From contig JAFQGK010000065.1 of the NCBI GenBank assembly GCA_017398335.1, positions 9,765-73,764 on the forward strand: a stretch of 64,000 nucleotides of DNA, read 5' to 3'. The notes below the pieces were generated by a model. That model was given only the letters and a program-made list of their open reading frames with translations. It was not told the origin of the DNA and did not search any database. Within the stretch, counting starts at the first letter, position 1. Every line of letters starts with the position of its first letter. The DNA comes from Bacteroidales bacterium. GTDB taxonomy: Bacteria; Bacteroidota; Bacteroidia; Bacteroidales; UBA932. Below are positions 48,268-56,949 of this stretch, in pieces. Both the position numbers and the translations under genes were made by a program.

Positions 48268-49938
48268 ATGGAAGAGGTAAACAAGGAAACCGTTGAGACC
48301 AGAAATCTCAACTTTTTGGAAGAAATCATTGAGGCGGATCTCGCCAGCGGCAAGTGTGAAACCATTATGACCCGTTTCCCGCCGGAGCCTAACGGCTACC
48401 TGCATATCGGCCATGCGAAAAGTATCTGTATCAATTTCGGTCTTGCAAAGAAGTATGGCGGAAAGACCAATCTTCGTTTCGACGATACAAACCCTGTAAA
48501 GGAGGACACTGAGTATGTTGATTCCATCAAGGAGGACATCAAGTGGCTCGGCTTTGAGTGGGAGAACGAGAGATATGCCTCCGATTATTTCGACCAGCTC
48601 TATGAGTGGGCTGAGGAACTGATCAGGAAGGGCCTTGCATATGTGGACGACCAGACACAGGAGGAAATCCGTGCCGGTCGAGGAACCGTACAGGTGCCAG
48701 GAACGGAGAGCCCTTACCGTAACCGCAGTGTGGAAGAGAATCTCAAGCTTTTCCGTGAAATGCGTGACGGCAAGTATGCTGAGGGAGAGAAGGTGCTTCG
48801 TGCTAAGATTGACATGGCGCATCCCAACATGCTTTTCCGCGATCCTCTCATGTATCGTATAATCCATGCTGACCACCATCGTATGGGAAGCAAGTGGTGC
48901 ATCTATCCGATGTATGACTATGCTCACGGACAGTCAGATTCGATTGAGAACATCACTCACTCAATCTGTACCCTTGAGTTCGATGTTCACCGTCCTCTCT
49001 ATGACTGGTTCATCGAGAAGCTGGGAATCTTCCCTTCGCATCAGCATGAGTTCGCAAGGCTCAACCTTACCTATACTGTGATGTCAAAGCGCAAGCTTCT
49101 CGAGCTTGTTAAGAACAACTTCGTAAGCGGCTGGGATGATCCTCGCATGCCTACCATCTGCGGTATCCGCCGTCGTGGATATACACCTGAGTCGATCCGT
49201 ATGTTTGCAGAAAAGGTCGGAGTGGCAAAGCGCGAGCAACTTATTGACCTCCAGCTTATGGAGTGGTGTGTACGTCAGGACCTTAACGAGCGCTCAAACC
49301 GCTATATGGTCGTTCAGGATCCTGTCAAACTGACCATCACCAACTGGGAGCCGGGTAAGGTGGAGTGGTTCGATGCTCCTCTCAATCCAGCCGATCCAGA
49401 AGGACCTTCACGCAAGGTTCCTTTCACCGGTGAGGTATATATCGAGAGAAACGACTTCATGGAGGAGCCTCCTAAGAAGTATTTCCGTCTCAAACCGGAC
49501 GGAGAAGTACGTCTTAAATATACTTATATCGTGAAGTGTCAGGAGGTTGTGAAGGATGCTGAGGGCAACATAATCGAGATCAAGTGTACATATGACCCTA
49601 CTTCCAAGCCGGGTGCAGGAGAGTGGCGTTCTGTAAAGGGAACCATCCACTGGGTGTCTACAGAGCATGCGAAGGAACTCGAACTCAGGCTTTATGACAA
49701 GCTGTTCACTGAAGCACAGATGGGACAGATTCCAGAGGGTGAGGACTATAAGAACTACCTCAATCCTGAGTCTCTCGTGATCGGCAAGGGTTATGCTGAG
49801 CCTGCTCTTCTTGAGGACAATTCGGGAATTGCTGTACAGTTCGAGCGCGTAGGGTATTTCTACAAGGATCCGGACAGCACTCCAGATCATTTCATCTTCA
49901 ACAAGACCACAGCGTTGAAGGACAGCTTCAAATTTTAA
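48268..49938 (+). CDS. glnS: Glutamine--tRNA ligase
   Basis: Motifs TRFPPEPNGYLHIGHAK, MSKRKL, GWDDPRMPT. Confidence 0.96.
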   Translation: MEEVNKETVETRNLNFLEEIIEADLASGKCETIMTRFPPEPNGYLHIGHAKSICINFGLAKKYGGKTNLRFDDTNPVKEDTEYVDSIKEDIKWLGFEWENERYASDYFDQLYEWAEELIRKGLAYVDDQTQEEIRAGRGTVQVPGTESPYRNRSVEENLKLFREMRDGKYAEGEKVLRAKIDMAHPNMLFRDPLMYRIIHADHHRMGSKWCIYPMYDYAHGQSDSIENITHSICTLEFDVHRPLYDWFIEKLGIFPSHQHEFARLNLTYTVMSKRKLLELVKNNFVSGWDDPRMPTICGIRRRGYTPESIRMFAEKVGVAKREQLIDLQLMEWCVRQDLNERSNRYMVVQDPVKLTITNWEPGKVEWFDAPLNPADPEGPSRKVPFTGEVYIERNDFMEEPPKKYFRLKPDGEVRLKYTYIVKCQEVVKDAEGNIIEIKCTYDPTSKPGAGEWRSVKGTIHWVSTEHAKELELRLYDKLFTEAQMGQIPEGEDYKNYLNPESLVIGKGYAEPALLEDNSGIAVQFERVGYFYKDPDSTPDHFIFNKTTALKDSFKF

Positions 49939-49944
49939 TGAATC

Positions 49945-50763
49945 ATGAAAAGGCTATTTATAATTATCTGTGTCCTGTCGGTTTTCTGCCAGACTTCCTA
50001 CGCATATGTCGAAAAGGAAGTCAAGGTCAGAAGTGACAAGATGGATAAAGATGTTCCTGTCAATGTGATATTGCCAGACAGCTATCATCTTTCAGATGCC
50101 TTTCCTGTAGTATATCTGCTTCACGGCTTCAGTGACAATCATAAGGGATGGGCGCGCAGAGGAGTTGTGGGATGTCTTGCTGATACCTATGACATAATTG
50201 TAGTCATGCCTGACGGAGGATATGACAGTTGGTATTTTGACAGTGAGACGACTCCTGAATATCAGTACGAAACCTTCGTCTCCAAGGAACTTGTAGAGTA
50301 TGTGGACAGCCACTACAAGACAATTCCTCAGCGTGAAGGCAGGGCGATAACAGGTCTTTCCATGGGAGGACATGGCGCACTTTATCTTGCCTTCAGGCAT
50401 CAGGATGTATATTCTTCAGCCGGAAGTACGTCCGGTGGCGTGGATATCCGTCCATTTCCAGAGAAGTGGGGAATAGCCAAGCGTCTAGGTACCAAGGAGG
50501 CCAATCCTGAGGCATGGGAGAAGAATACCGTCATCAATATGACTCATCTTCTCCAGCCTGGTTCATTGAATCTGATAATTGACTGCGGAACTGAGGATTT
50601 CTTCCATGAGGTGAACTGCAACCTTCATGATAAGCTGATGAAGGAGGGAATACCTCACGATTTCTATCAGCGTCCTGGAGGGCATAACTGGACTTACTGG
50701 CTGAATTCCATCAAGTATCAGATGCTGTTCTTCGTAACCTGTTTCAGAAATCAGATACAGTGA
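49945..50763 (+). CDS. Secreted alpha/beta-hydrolase esterase (CE1/tributyrin esterase-like)
   Basis: Motifs YLLHG, GLSMGG nucleophile elbow, DCGTEDF, GGHNW. Confidence 0.85.
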   Translation: MKRLFIIICVLSVFCQTSYAYVEKEVKVRSDKMDKDVPVNVILPDSYHLSDAFPVVYLLHGFSDNHKGWARRGVVGCLADTYDIIVVMPDGGYDSWYFDSETTPEYQYETFVSKELVEYVDSHYKTIPQREGRAITGLSMGGHGALYLAFRHQDVYSSAGSTSGGVDIRPFPEKWGIAKRLGTKEANPEAWEKNTVINMTHLLQPGSLNLIIDCGTEDFFHEVNCNLHDKLMKEGIPHDFYQRPGGHNWTYWLNSIKYQMLFFVTCFRNQIQ

Positions 50764-50786
50764 TCCGGAAGAATATCGGAATAATG

Positions 50787-50813
50787 AGGATAGCAGAAAC
50801 GCTATCCTTTTTT
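50787..50813 (+). terminator. Intrinsic terminator
   Basis: AGGATAGC-agaaac-GCTATCCT followed by a T-run. Confidence 0.75.
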
Positions 50814-50942
50814 CTTTCAGTATGTTTTGAAACTTTCCCGGCCAGATTGTTGTATATTTGTTTTTTATTATTACCTTTGCAGTAGCTAATTTAGAATAAT
50901 TAAAAATAACATATAAGTTGAACGAATAAAAATCATTAAGTT

Positions 50943-51461
50943 ATGTTAAGCGAGAAACTTTATAAGGCAATCAATGACCAGATCAACGCCGAATTGTGGT
51001 CAGCATATCTTTATCTCTCGATGTCTATGGACTGCGAGGCTAAAGGATATAAGGGAATAGCAAATTGGTTCTTTGTTCAGTTTCAGGAAGAACAGGACCA
51101 TGCACGCATATTCATGAATTATCTCAATTCCCGTGATGCCAAGGTGGAACTTTTGCCGATAGCCGAGGTCGCTGTTCAGTGGGATTCTGTCCTTGATATG
51201 TTCAAGGATACTCTCGCACATGAGAAGAAGGTTACTGCAATGATCAATAATATAGCGGCAATAGCAAATGAGGACCGTGATTATGCTTCCATCAACAGGA
51301 TCACCTGGTTCATAGACGAGCAGGTTGAGGAAGAGGAGTCTGCAAGAGATATGATAGCGGCCTTCGAGTCTGTTGAAGGAAACAAGTACGGCATGTATAT
51401 GCTTGACAAGGAGCTCGCAGCTCGAGTATATACGGCCCCATCGCCTCTGGCAGCAGAATAA
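50943..51461 (+). CDS. ftnA: Non-heme ferritin
   Basis: Ferroxidase motifs QINAELWSAYLY, EEQDHA, HEKKVT, EQVEEE. Confidence 0.92.
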   Translation: MLSEKLYKAINDQINAELWSAYLYLSMSMDCEAKGYKGIANWFFVQFQEEQDHARIFMNYLNSRDAKVELLPIAEVAVQWDSVLDMFKDTLAHEKKVTAMINNIAAIANEDRDYASINRITWFIDEQVEEEESARDMIAAFESVEGNKYGMYMLDKELAARVYTAPSPLAAE

Positions 51462-51468
51462 TTTTATC

Positions 51469-51497
51469 GACCGGCTGATTCAGTCGGTCTTTTTTTT
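51469..51497 (+). terminator. Intrinsic terminator
   Basis: GACCGGCTG-att-CAGTCGGTC followed by T8. Confidence 0.85.
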
Positions 51498-51527
51498 GTT
51501 ATTTTTGCGTTGCTAAAAAATAATGCT

Positions 51528-52709
51528 ATGCAGAAGATAAGTGACAGAATATATTCAGTAGGAGTCAACGATGATGATAAGGTCCTTTTTGAGGGTTTAT
51601 GGCCTCTCCCTTTCGGTGTAAGCTATAATTCATATATTGTTGATGATGAGAAGGTTGCGTTGATAGACACTGTTGAGGCAGGGTTTGAGGAGGAGTTCCT
51701 TGAGAATATAAACGAGGCAATCGGAGGACGTCCGGTCGACTACCTTGTGGTCAACCATATGGAGCCGGACCATTCTTCCCTTATTTCGTATATGCTTGAG
51801 TGTTATCCGGATCTGAAGATCATTGCCAATGCCAAGACATTGCCGATGCTTAAAGGCTACCATAATGTTCAGGATGATAGAGTGCTGGTAGTTTCTGAAG
51901 GACAGTCAGTAAGCCTTGGAGAGTGCAGCCTCAGCTTCCATATGATACCTATGGTTCATTGGCCGGAGACAATGGTGACATGGCTGCCAGAGGAGAATAC
52001 AGTATTTTCCGGTGATGCCTTCGGCACATTCGGAGTCGTTGCTGATGATATTGTCGATGCGGAAGAGACATTCGATCAATATAGAGATGAAATGATCCGT
52101 TATTATTCCAACATTGTCGGGAAGTACGGAACTCCGGTTCAGAGTGCCCTGAAGAAGCTTTCGGGCCTTCCTGTGAAGAGGATCTGCAGCACTCATGGCC
52201 CTGTGTGGGAGAAGAATATCGAAAAGGTTGTCTCTTTATATGACAAGCTAAGCAGATATGAGGTCGAGAGGGGAGTCTGCATAGTCTACGGATCTATGTA
52301 TGGAAATACGGCGGCTGCGGCAGATGCTCTGGCTGTAGAGCTCGAAGCACGTGGAATCCCTTGTGCCGTACATGACCTGGCAGGCAACAATTCCGGTGAA
52401 CTCGGTGTCTCCGGTGCATTGAGGGATGTATTCAAGTATGATACGATAGTAGTGGGATCACCAACGTATAATAACGGCATATTCCCTCCTGTTGAGACAT
52501 TCATGGCTGCCTTGAAGGCACGTCTGATCAAGGGACGCCGTTTCTATGCATTCGGCTCCTATACATGGTCTCCTTCGAGCGTGAATCAGCTCAACAAGCT
52601 GGCTTCAGAAATGGATTTCCAGATTCTTGGCGACGGCTTAGCCTTCCCTCAGTCGTATTCGAGAGAGAAATTCGATGCATCGGCCATAGCCGATTGTATA
52701 TTGAAATAA
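51528..52709 (+). CDS. FprA-family flavodiiron protein
   Basis: Motifs NHMEPDHS, HWPE, FSGDAFG, THGP, flavodoxin SMYGNT. Confidence 0.9.
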   Translation: MQKISDRIYSVGVNDDDKVLFEGLWPLPFGVSYNSYIVDDEKVALIDTVEAGFEEEFLENINEAIGGRPVDYLVVNHMEPDHSSLISYMLECYPDLKIIANAKTLPMLKGYHNVQDDRVLVVSEGQSVSLGECSLSFHMIPMVHWPETMVTWLPEENTVFSGDAFGTFGVVADDIVDAEETFDQYRDEMIRYYSNIVGKYGTPVQSALKKLSGLPVKRICSTHGPVWEKNIEKVVSLYDKLSRYEVERGVCIVYGSMYGNTAAAADALAVELEARGIPCAVHDLAGNNSGELGVSGALRDVFKYDTIVVGSPTYNNGIFPPVETFMAALKARLIKGRRFYAFGSYTWSPSSVNQLNKLASEMDFQILGDGLAFPQSYSREKFDASAIADCILK

Positions 52710-52715
52710 TATGAT

Positions 52716-53339
52716 TTAATCTACGAAACGCACCTTCCCGAAGTCACGTGGCTTTGCGGAAGGTGTTTCGTCTGCATATCCCAGACCGATGCAGAGACAG
52801 AACTCATATCCTTCCGAGAATCCGAGTCTGTCGATATACGGCTTGCAGACATCATTGCCGCTGAGGAAACGTACCGGGCTCCCAAGACATACGGAACCGA
52901 CTCCGAGTGACCATGCGGACAACATGATGTTCTGTGACAGAAGTCCGCAGTCATAAGCAGAGAAATCGTACGACAGGTCTCTTGCGATGAAAACCATGGT
53001 GGGAGCATCTCTGAAACAGCCTTTGACCATTTCCGGGTCTCGGTCCGGATGGGCTGCCGCCATCGCTTCCTTCATCTCTGCGAGCAGTGCCGGATTATCT
53101 ACGACGCGTACTTCCCATGACTGCTTGTTCTGACCGTTGGGAGCATTGATTCCACACTCCAGAATCTTGTTCATGGTCTCCCTGTCTACCGGCTCGGATT
53201 TATATTTTCTTATGCTTCGTCTAGCCATTATGTTTTCAATGACGGCATTTTCTCCGCTTTCCTGTTTGTCATTGCAGTTCGCACATGAAAGGACAGTCAT
53301 CAGGCCCAGTCCTATCATCAGAAGATTAAAGGTTTTCAT
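52716..53339 (-). CDS. Nitroreductase-family lipoprotein
   Basis: Motifs RRSIRKY, APNGQNKQSW, QNIMLSAWSLGVGS; N-terminal lipobox VLSC. Confidence 0.85.
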   Translation of the reverse strand: MKTFNLLMIGLGLMTVLSCANCNDKQESGENAVIENIMARRSIRKYKSEPVDRETMNKILECGINAPNGQNKQSWEVRVVDNPALLAEMKEAMAAAHPDRDPEMVKGCFRDAPTMVFIARDLSYDFSAYDCGLLSQNIMLSAWSLGVGSVCLGSPVRFLSGNDVCKPYIDRLGFSEGYEFCLCIGLGYADETPSAKPRDFGKVRFVD

Positions 53340-53412
53340 ATTTTTAAATTTTCAAGTGGTAGGCAAATATAGCAAAATATGAGTATTTTTGCATCTGCTT
53401 AAACAGAATGCG

Positions 53413-54168
53413 ATGGATAGAAAAGTATTGCTTTCCAATGGCGACCCGATGGGAGCCGCAATTTATGACTATCATAGGAATGGCAGGGCCGGAACATTGG
53501 TTGTGATGTCGTCACAATTTGAAGATGACGAAATTCCTGTAGAGGACCTTTTCAGAGGTATCGAAGATATGCCGGATCTGGAAAGACTGGCATTGGAATC
53601 TGCAACCGGGGATATTCTGGATGTAGGCGCAGGAAGCGGCTGTCATAGCCTGGCTCTGAAGGAAATGGGAAAGAAACCGGTGGCTATAGATATTTCTCCT
53701 TTGTCTGTAGAGGTTATGAAGGAGAGGGGACTGGAGGCGTATCAGATCAATTTCTATGATGAATCCTTCGTCAGAAAGTTCGATACTGTCCTGATGCTTA
53801 TGAACGGAACCGGTATAATCGGAAATATTGGCAATATCCCTACATTTTTCTCCAGAATCAGGGAACTGCTGAATCCGGGAGGATCAGTGCTGATTGATTC
53901 GAGCGACCTACGTTATCTCTTTGAGGAAGAGGACGGTAGCATCATGATCGACCTCGCTGATGAATATTACGGTCAGCTTGACTATAGAATGAAGTATGTC
54001 GATGCCGTGGATACTGATCTTGAAGGAGTGGAAGGGGAGACTTTCGATTGGCTCTACCTTGATTTCAATACACTTGCATATTATGCGGAGGAAAATGGAT
54101 TCTCTGCTGAAGTGATAGCGGAAGGTGAACATTATGACTATCTTGCTAAATTGATTTTAACTGATTGA
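53413..54168 (+). CDS. Class I SAM-dependent methyltransferase
   Basis: Motifs DPMGAAIYDY and ILDVGAGSG; TATTTTTG promoter at 53384-53391. Confidence 0.85.
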   Translation: MDRKVLLSNGDPMGAAIYDYHRNGRAGTLVVMSSQFEDDEIPVEDLFRGIEDMPDLERLALESATGDILDVGAGSGCHSLALKEMGKKPVAIDISPLSVEVMKERGLEAYQINFYDESFVRKFDTVLMLMNGTGIIGNIGNIPTFFSRIRELLNPGGSVLIDSSDLRYLFEEEDGSIMIDLADEYYGQLDYRMKYVDAVDTDLEGVEGETFDWLYLDFNTLAYYAEENGFSAEVIAEGEHYDYLAKLILTD

Positions 54169-54171
54169 TAT

Positions 54172-55356
54172 ATGGCTGTTTATGATTTTGATAAGGTGAT
54201 CTGCCGTAAGAATACGGGAGCGATTAAGACAGATGCTTTGGGAAGATTTTTCGGTAAGGAAGACCTGCTGCCGATGTGGGTGGCTGATATGGATTTCGCG
54301 ACTCCGCATTTCATCATAGATGCTTTGCGTGAGCGTCTTGAGCATCCTGTATTCGGATATACGGAAGTTCCTGATGAATTGTGGCCTACTGTCATGCAGT
54401 GGATAGAGGAACATCATGGATGGAAGGTCGAGCGCGAGTGGCTTACCTATATTCCTGGTATTGTCAAGGGTATCGGATTTGCCATCAATTCATTGACACG
54501 TCCTGATGAAAAGATCATCATCCAGCCTCCGGTATATCATCCTTTCAGACTCGTTCCTCAGAAGAACGGAAGGGAGTTGGTATACAACCCTCTGATCGAG
54601 AATCCGGACGGAAGCTATTCAATGGATTTCGATAATCTTGAAAAGGTCTGTGATTCTTCATGCAGAATGCTCATACTTTCAAACCCACATAATCCGGCAG
54701 GTATCGTATGGCCAAGGGAAACGCTTGAGAGGCTGGCATCGTTCTGTCACAGTCATGGTGTCATAGTCATTTCTGACGAGATACATTCGGATATGGCTCT
54801 TTTCGGTAACAAGCATATCCCTTTTGCAACGGTTTCTGAAGAGGCTGCCCAATGCAGCATAACCTTCGGCTCTCCTTCAAAGACTTTCAATATAGCGGGT
54901 ATAGTAAGCTCATATGCAATTGTGCCTTCGAAAGAGCTGCGTGAGCGCTTCTACTCATGGCTCGACGCCAATGAACTTGATTCTCCGCCGATGTTTTCAC
55001 CGATAGCAACCATTGCCGCATTCAGGAACGGCGAGGAGTGGAGGCAGGAAATGCTGAAATATGTAGAAGGAAATATCGGATATCTGGAAGAATTCTGCAG
55101 AAATGAACTGCCGCAGATAAAGCCATTGAGACCACAGGCTTCTTTCCTTGTATGGCTTGATTGCAGGGAACTCGGACTTGAGCATGATGAACTTGTGTCT
55201 CTGTTCATCGATAAGGCAGGACTTGCACTCAATGACGGCGAGACGTTCAATCCGGGAGGACGGGGATTCATGCGAATGAATGTCGCTCTGCCACGTGAGT
55301 CGCTCAAACGTGCTCTTGTATCCTTGAGGGATGCAGTGGTCAGGACGATTTCTTAA
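54172..55356 (+). CDS. PatB/MalY-family PLP C-S lyase (cystathionine beta-lyase-like)
   Basis: Motifs PMWVADMDF, NPHNPAG, SDEIHSD, SPSKTFNIAG. Confidence 0.9.
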   Translation: MAVYDFDKVICRKNTGAIKTDALGRFFGKEDLLPMWVADMDFATPHFIIDALRERLEHPVFGYTEVPDELWPTVMQWIEEHHGWKVEREWLTYIPGIVKGIGFAINSLTRPDEKIIIQPPVYHPFRLVPQKNGRELVYNPLIENPDGSYSMDFDNLEKVCDSSCRMLILSNPHNPAGIVWPRETLERLASFCHSHGVIVISDEIHSDMALFGNKHIPFATVSEEAAQCSITFGSPSKTFNIAGIVSSYAIVPSKELRERFYSWLDANELDSPPMFSPIATIAAFRNGEEWRQEMLKYVEGNIGYLEEFCRNELPQIKPLRPQASFLVWLDCRELGLEHDELVSLFIDKAGLALNDGETFNPGGRGFMRMNVALPRESLKRALVSLRDAVVRTIS

Positions 55357-56323
55357 GCGTAATCACGGTTATTTCCGGACGTACTCCTATTCTTACAGGA
55401 ATAATGGTTTCGCCGAGGCCAGGGTTTACATATATGTACTGCGAACCTTGTGAATATAAGCCTCTGTTCTGTCTGAATATGTATCTGCTTGGCGACCAAC
55501 TGAAGAGTGAAAACTGCATTGCATGCGTATGACCGCTCAGAGTCAGTGGGTAGTCTTTTCCTGTTATTTCGGATTCCCAATGCATAGGGTCGTGCGTGAG
55601 TATGATCCTGAAACTGCCATCTGTGCCTGCCGAGGCCTTCTGCAGGTTGCCTTTTGACGGGAAATGTCTGGATGGAGAAATATTCTCGACACCGATTATC
55701 TTTATGCTGTCTCTTCCTCTGGTGACGGTCATGTTTTCGTCAAGAAGAATATTCCATCCCATCTCTTTCTCTTTACGGATGACTTCTGACGGGCCTTTAG
55801 GATGGTGACCGGTCTTGTCGCGTTCCGCAGAATAAATGCAATAGTCGTGATTTCCAAGGACAGATACCACTCCGTCAGTTGCTCTGATATCCTGAAGAAT
55901 ATCCTTGACTACATCAATCTCAGAACTGTCAAGAGTAATCAGGTCACCGGTAAAAGCAACCATATCCGGATCAAGACCATTGATGATTTCTATAATCTTC
56001 TTCAATGAATCATGCCGCTTTGAAAATGATCTTGCGTGTATGTCTGAAATGTGTATCAGTCTATATCCGTCAAATCCTTCAGGGAGATTCTGAAATTCAA
56101 GCTCCACTTCCTTTACCTGTGGCCTTTCTCTGCCGATCCATGCTCCATATGCAATGAAGACAGGTGGAATCAGGAGGACCAGAAGTCCTTTCAGAAATGT
56201 CTGCTTGAATGTGAGACTGGTGAGGACGGCCAAGACACCGCTGGCCATTGCATCGGCAATGACCAATACGGTCCAGCATAGTATCAGTACGCCGGTAATG
56301 GCTATCGCTTCTGTTGACATCAC
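55340..56323 (-). CDS. Membrane-anchored metallophosphoesterase (YkuE-like)
   Basis: Motifs ISDIH, FTGDL, LGNHDY, LTHDP, SGHTH. Confidence 0.85.
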   Translation of the reverse strand: MMSTEAIAITGVLILCWTVLVIADAMASGVLAVLTSLTFKQTFLKGLLVLLIPPVFIAYGAWIGRERPQVKEVELEFQNLPEGFDGYRLIHISDIHARSFSKRHDSLKKIIEIINGLDPDMVAFTGDLITLDSSEIDVVKDILQDIRATDGVVSVLGNHDYCIYSAERDKTGHHPKGPSEVIRKEKEMGWNILLDENMTVTRGRDSIKIIGVENISPSRHFPSKGNLQKASAGTDGSFRIILTHDPMHWESEITGKDYPLTLSGHTHAMQFSLFSWSPSRYIFRQNRGLYSQGSQYIYVNPGLGETIIPVRIGVRPEITVITLKKSS

Positions 56324-56325
56324 GC

Positions 56326-56946
56326 TTATTTCAAAAGTGTTTTCTTTATATTCTCATCTTCGGATATGAGTCTTGTTATGTCCAGATGAGTGCATACTTC
56401 TTCGCTGAGGAAGCGTGAAGTGGAATTCGTATGTGCCGGATCCCAGGTGAGGAGTATTACATGGGTTTTCAATGCCTTAAGCTTCCTGGCCAGCATTTCG
56501 TGATCGGCATCTCCGCTTATGAGCACGACGTAGTCGAATTTGCGGATCAGCGTCATTTCATATGTGTCAAGCGCAAACCATGTGTCTACACCTTTTTCAA
56601 TGACTCCTCCCCTCGGATTTTCCCTGAGATGCTTGTAGTGGAAGATCACGTCATTCTCGATGAGGCTGTCCTCGAACTCCCTTTCGCTGTAAAGAAGGTC
56701 TTTCTTCTTTGCATCCTGGGCACGGTAACGTCCTCTGTAGTAATGACATTCAGTAATATACATGTGGCGTCTCGCGATTCCGTCAAGTTCACAGATCTTT
56801 TTCGGAATGTATTGCAGCAGGCCTGTCAGGTTGACTCTAAGCGGTCCTTGTTGAGCCAGACCTTCGTTGATTTTTGCGTAATAGCCGCCATCGATGAAGA
56901 CGCCTACGGATTTGTTCAGATTACTGGTTTCCATATATTTCCTCAT
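56326..56946 (-). CDS. NYN-domain (LabA/DUF88, PIN-like) protein
   Basis: Acidic catalytic motifs VFIDGGY, EKGVD, LISGDAD. Confidence 0.85.
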   Translation of the reverse strand: MRKYMETSNLNKSVGVFIDGGYYAKINEGLAQQGPLRVNLTGLLQYIPKKICELDGIARRHMYITECHYYRGRYRAQDAKKKDLLYSEREFEDSLIENDVIFHYKHLRENPRGGVIEKGVDTWFALDTYEMTLIRKFDYVVLISGDADHEMLARKLKALKTHVILLTWDPAHTNSTSRFLSEEVCTHLDITRLISEDENIKKTLLK

Positions 56947-56949
56947 TTA

